A stretch of 64,000 nt of DNA from Amphiscolops sp. MND2022 (Eukaryota): contig OZ076410.1 in NCBI GenBank assembly GCA_964187785.1, forward strand, positions 97,526,001-97,590,000. The letters run 5' to 3'. The notes below the pieces were generated by a model that had not been told where the DNA came from, did no database searches, and saw only the letters and a list, made by a program, of their open reading frames with translations. Shown here piece after piece: positions 61,801 to 64,000 of the stretch; positions within the stretch are counted from its first letter, which is position 1, and each line of letters starts with the position of its first letter. Position numbers and translations under genes: made by a program.

Positions 61801-63412
61801 CTTTTTCCCGATTGCCATTCGCGACTCTTGCTCCAGCAGTTTGGCTCGACTTTCAAGTCGCCGACGTTCACTGAGTCGTGAAGATCGAGAACCGGTGTTG
61901 GAATGTTGATACTTCGAAGGCTCACTGGCAGCACTTTTCATCGTCGATGGAAAATTACTGGTTGATGGCTTCAGCTCCTGACTTTTGTCTGCCGGAGCTT
62001 CGTATTTCGTAGAGCCTTCCTCGTATTTACTTGTCTCGTCTCGAGAAATTTTGCCATTAAAACTCTTCAGTAATTTCAAGCTCTGATCCATTTTCTCGAC
62101 AGCACTTTTCTTGCGTTTACCCTGATCTGTTTCGGGATTACTCGAGAGATTGTGGGTTTCCGAACGTTCTTCGGCTATCGTGGCATCTTCTGCTGATACT
62201 TGTCTTTGCTGTTGCATTCGTTAGTTATTCCTTCAATGGATTTGCTATAATCTTGATAAAGTCTACCCAATTCGTAAATGCCGGGTTCGTAATCTTCTCC
62301 TTTAGATTTTAGTTCTTCGAACTTCGAAGATATCTGTGCTATTGCCTCAATTGTTTTAGCAGTACGCAGTTCGTGTTCTCTCCATTCTGCAGCATTGGCT
62401 GAATTCTTCAAGGCGTCCGAAAATAACAACACCTGTGTTGTTCCTCCTTTTCTCACCGTCATTACCTTCGGGTCGGTTAGGTCAAATGTCGCCATCCTTG
62501 TACAGTAACTTCTGCTAAATTGCCTGCTATGTAGTAATTTGGTCAACCCGATGGACAATGAATTAGGTCCTCTGTGACGTGAAAACAATGTCCAGTTAAA
62601 TAAGAATTTCGCTCTTCTTCAAGATTTGAGCAAACCAGTTGGGTATCTGCAAATCTAACAAAGCTGCGAAAAGAAGAACAGAAGTCAAAGATAGTGAATT
62701 ATAACGCAACCTTCCCGGGTCGCGGCACCAAAATGTAAAGGCTGATTCTAGTAGCTAATGCGTTCGAACCGTCGGCCTGTCCCTGGGATAAATTTAACTT
62801 GCAAAAATTGAAAAGTTCCCGAAAACTTTACGAATCCGTGATGAAAACTGAATATTTCTACTTCTAAAACAGCCACAACTTATTTTTTGAGGAGTCAATT
62901 TTCCGTTCTAATATGGTTATACAACATCTCAGGTACATCGAATAATAGTGTAAACAATATAGAAGCAAATATTTATGCGTAAATAGGAAGTTATGAGAGT
63001 ATATCCGCTGATTTACAACAAGTAACTACACTTTCGTGATCAGTAAATACACTATCTTGGGCACTTTCTGCCTATCTAAGTAGGCTAATATTGGCTACAA
63101 ATACTCAAATATGTTCGCACAACACGATCACAAACAAATATGAGGGCTAAAGTGGGTTAAACAGGAAAAGGAGGGCAATATTTGCCATAAAAGTGATATA
63201 TTGATCGAAAAGTCCAAAAACCCCCCAGAAAAAAATAAAAAATTAAAAAATCGAAATAATTTCCAGTTTTTTGTCCTAGATCGGTAGTTTGGGTCAAAAT
63301 ATTACGGTTGTCACTAATCCGGGCGTCAATTTCTTATTCGATGTTGAAATGTGGCTCGTTGAATGTACCAAATTTTGGGTTATTTTCGGTTGTCAACTTT
63401 CAGGCCTTTTCA
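55857..63412 (-). mobile_element. Full-length BEL/Pao LTR retrotransposon (7556 bp), relatively young but frameshifted
   Basis: 679-bp LTRs 55857-56535 and 62734-63412 with few differences; identical 5-bp TSD GCACC; PBS TGGTGCCGCGACCCGGGA (62730-62713, tRNA-His type). Confidence 0.97.
56523..62588 (-). pseudogene. pol: BEL/Pao gag-pol polyprotein (gag with three Cys-His knuckles, protease, RT, RNase H, integrase)
   Basis: LPKLKMTEFAGDPLEW; CVVC..H..C, CFLC..H..C, CGIDGCKRHH; LVDSGSSLS; FYMDDFL; LHVFADASE; VDYFGP; W..EYL C-terminal domain. Several stops and frameshifts. Confidence 0.95.
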
Positions 63413-63474
63413 GCACCTAAGACTAACCCAGGTTTACATGTCATGGCCACCCATCCATGATTCATCCATTATTA

Positions 63475-63590
63475 TTTTCCGACCCACATTTTCAATGGGG
63501 AGGAAAATCGTCATCTGTGTTGCGCTTTTTTTAGTTTTCCGACCCACATTTTCAATGGGGAGGAAAATCATCATCTGTGTTGCGTTTTTT
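63475..63590. repeat. 60-bp tandem duplication
   Basis: TTTTCCGACCCACATTTTCAATGGGGAGGAAAATC(G/A)TCATCTGTGTTGCG twice, at 63475 and 63535. Confidence 0.9.
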
Positions 63591-64000
63591 TTTCCAATTT
63601 TCTGCCAAAACTCCACTTTGTACAACTCCACTCCACTTACTCAGTCTCCCTGCTCAGCCTTCATCCTTTATACTGAGATAGGAATAATATCTAAAGTAAA
63701 GATGAGATTAAGATCTAAAGGGAATAAGATCTAAAACTTCAGGACGGTAATGAGATCTAAAAGGAATAAGATCTAAAATCACTAAATTTTAGATCTTATT
63801 GTTTAGATCCTAGTCCCCTCCCAAAATAGCTATGGCTCAAGTGATGAAGGCGAAAAGGGAGGACAATATCCCGGTGCTTAGCGGGCGTCTTGTTCATGGG
63901 TTCCTCGTGCCGAAAAGACCGTCATGATCAGAAAAACATATCCATGATCCATCTATGATTATACTTGAAAGACCATGATGACAGATGATCATGGATGAAA

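Overview
Eukaryotic (animal-type, spliceosomal introns) DNA, almost saturated with nested transposable elements; the species cannot be fixed from sequence alone. Main contents: (1) a complete 16.9-kb Ty3/Gypsy LTR retrotransposon (3408-20276; ~1.2-kb LTRs, GCTGT target-site duplication, PBS, PPT) whose gag starts inside the LTR and which carries an antisense, intron-containing, BED-finger/hAT-transposase-like gene with a 1.78-kb exon cassette repeated 2.4 times; (2) one host rhodopsin-family GPCR gene on the minus strand (37765 to 21539), split inside its coding sequence by a 6.1-kb TIR-bounded composite insertion, with a decayed Gypsy element in its last intron; (3) a ~10.6-kb plus-strand cluster ending in an EnSpm/CACTA (CMC)-type transposase, preceded by an SGNH hydrolase, two BEN-domain-like paralogues and a Suv4-20/KMT5-like SET domain that may be fused to the transposase; (4) a complete 7.56-kb BEL/Pao element (55857-63412, GCACC TSD); (5) several decayed Gypsy fragments, a DINE-1/Helentron-like short repeat family (7 copies), a TIR MITE family, and a 32-bp minisatellite. 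The best candidates for undescribed systems are the SET + BEN + SGNH + CMC-transposase element and the Gypsy element carrying a spliced antisense transposase-like gene. Protein-family assignments come from motif recognition by eye, not database searches.
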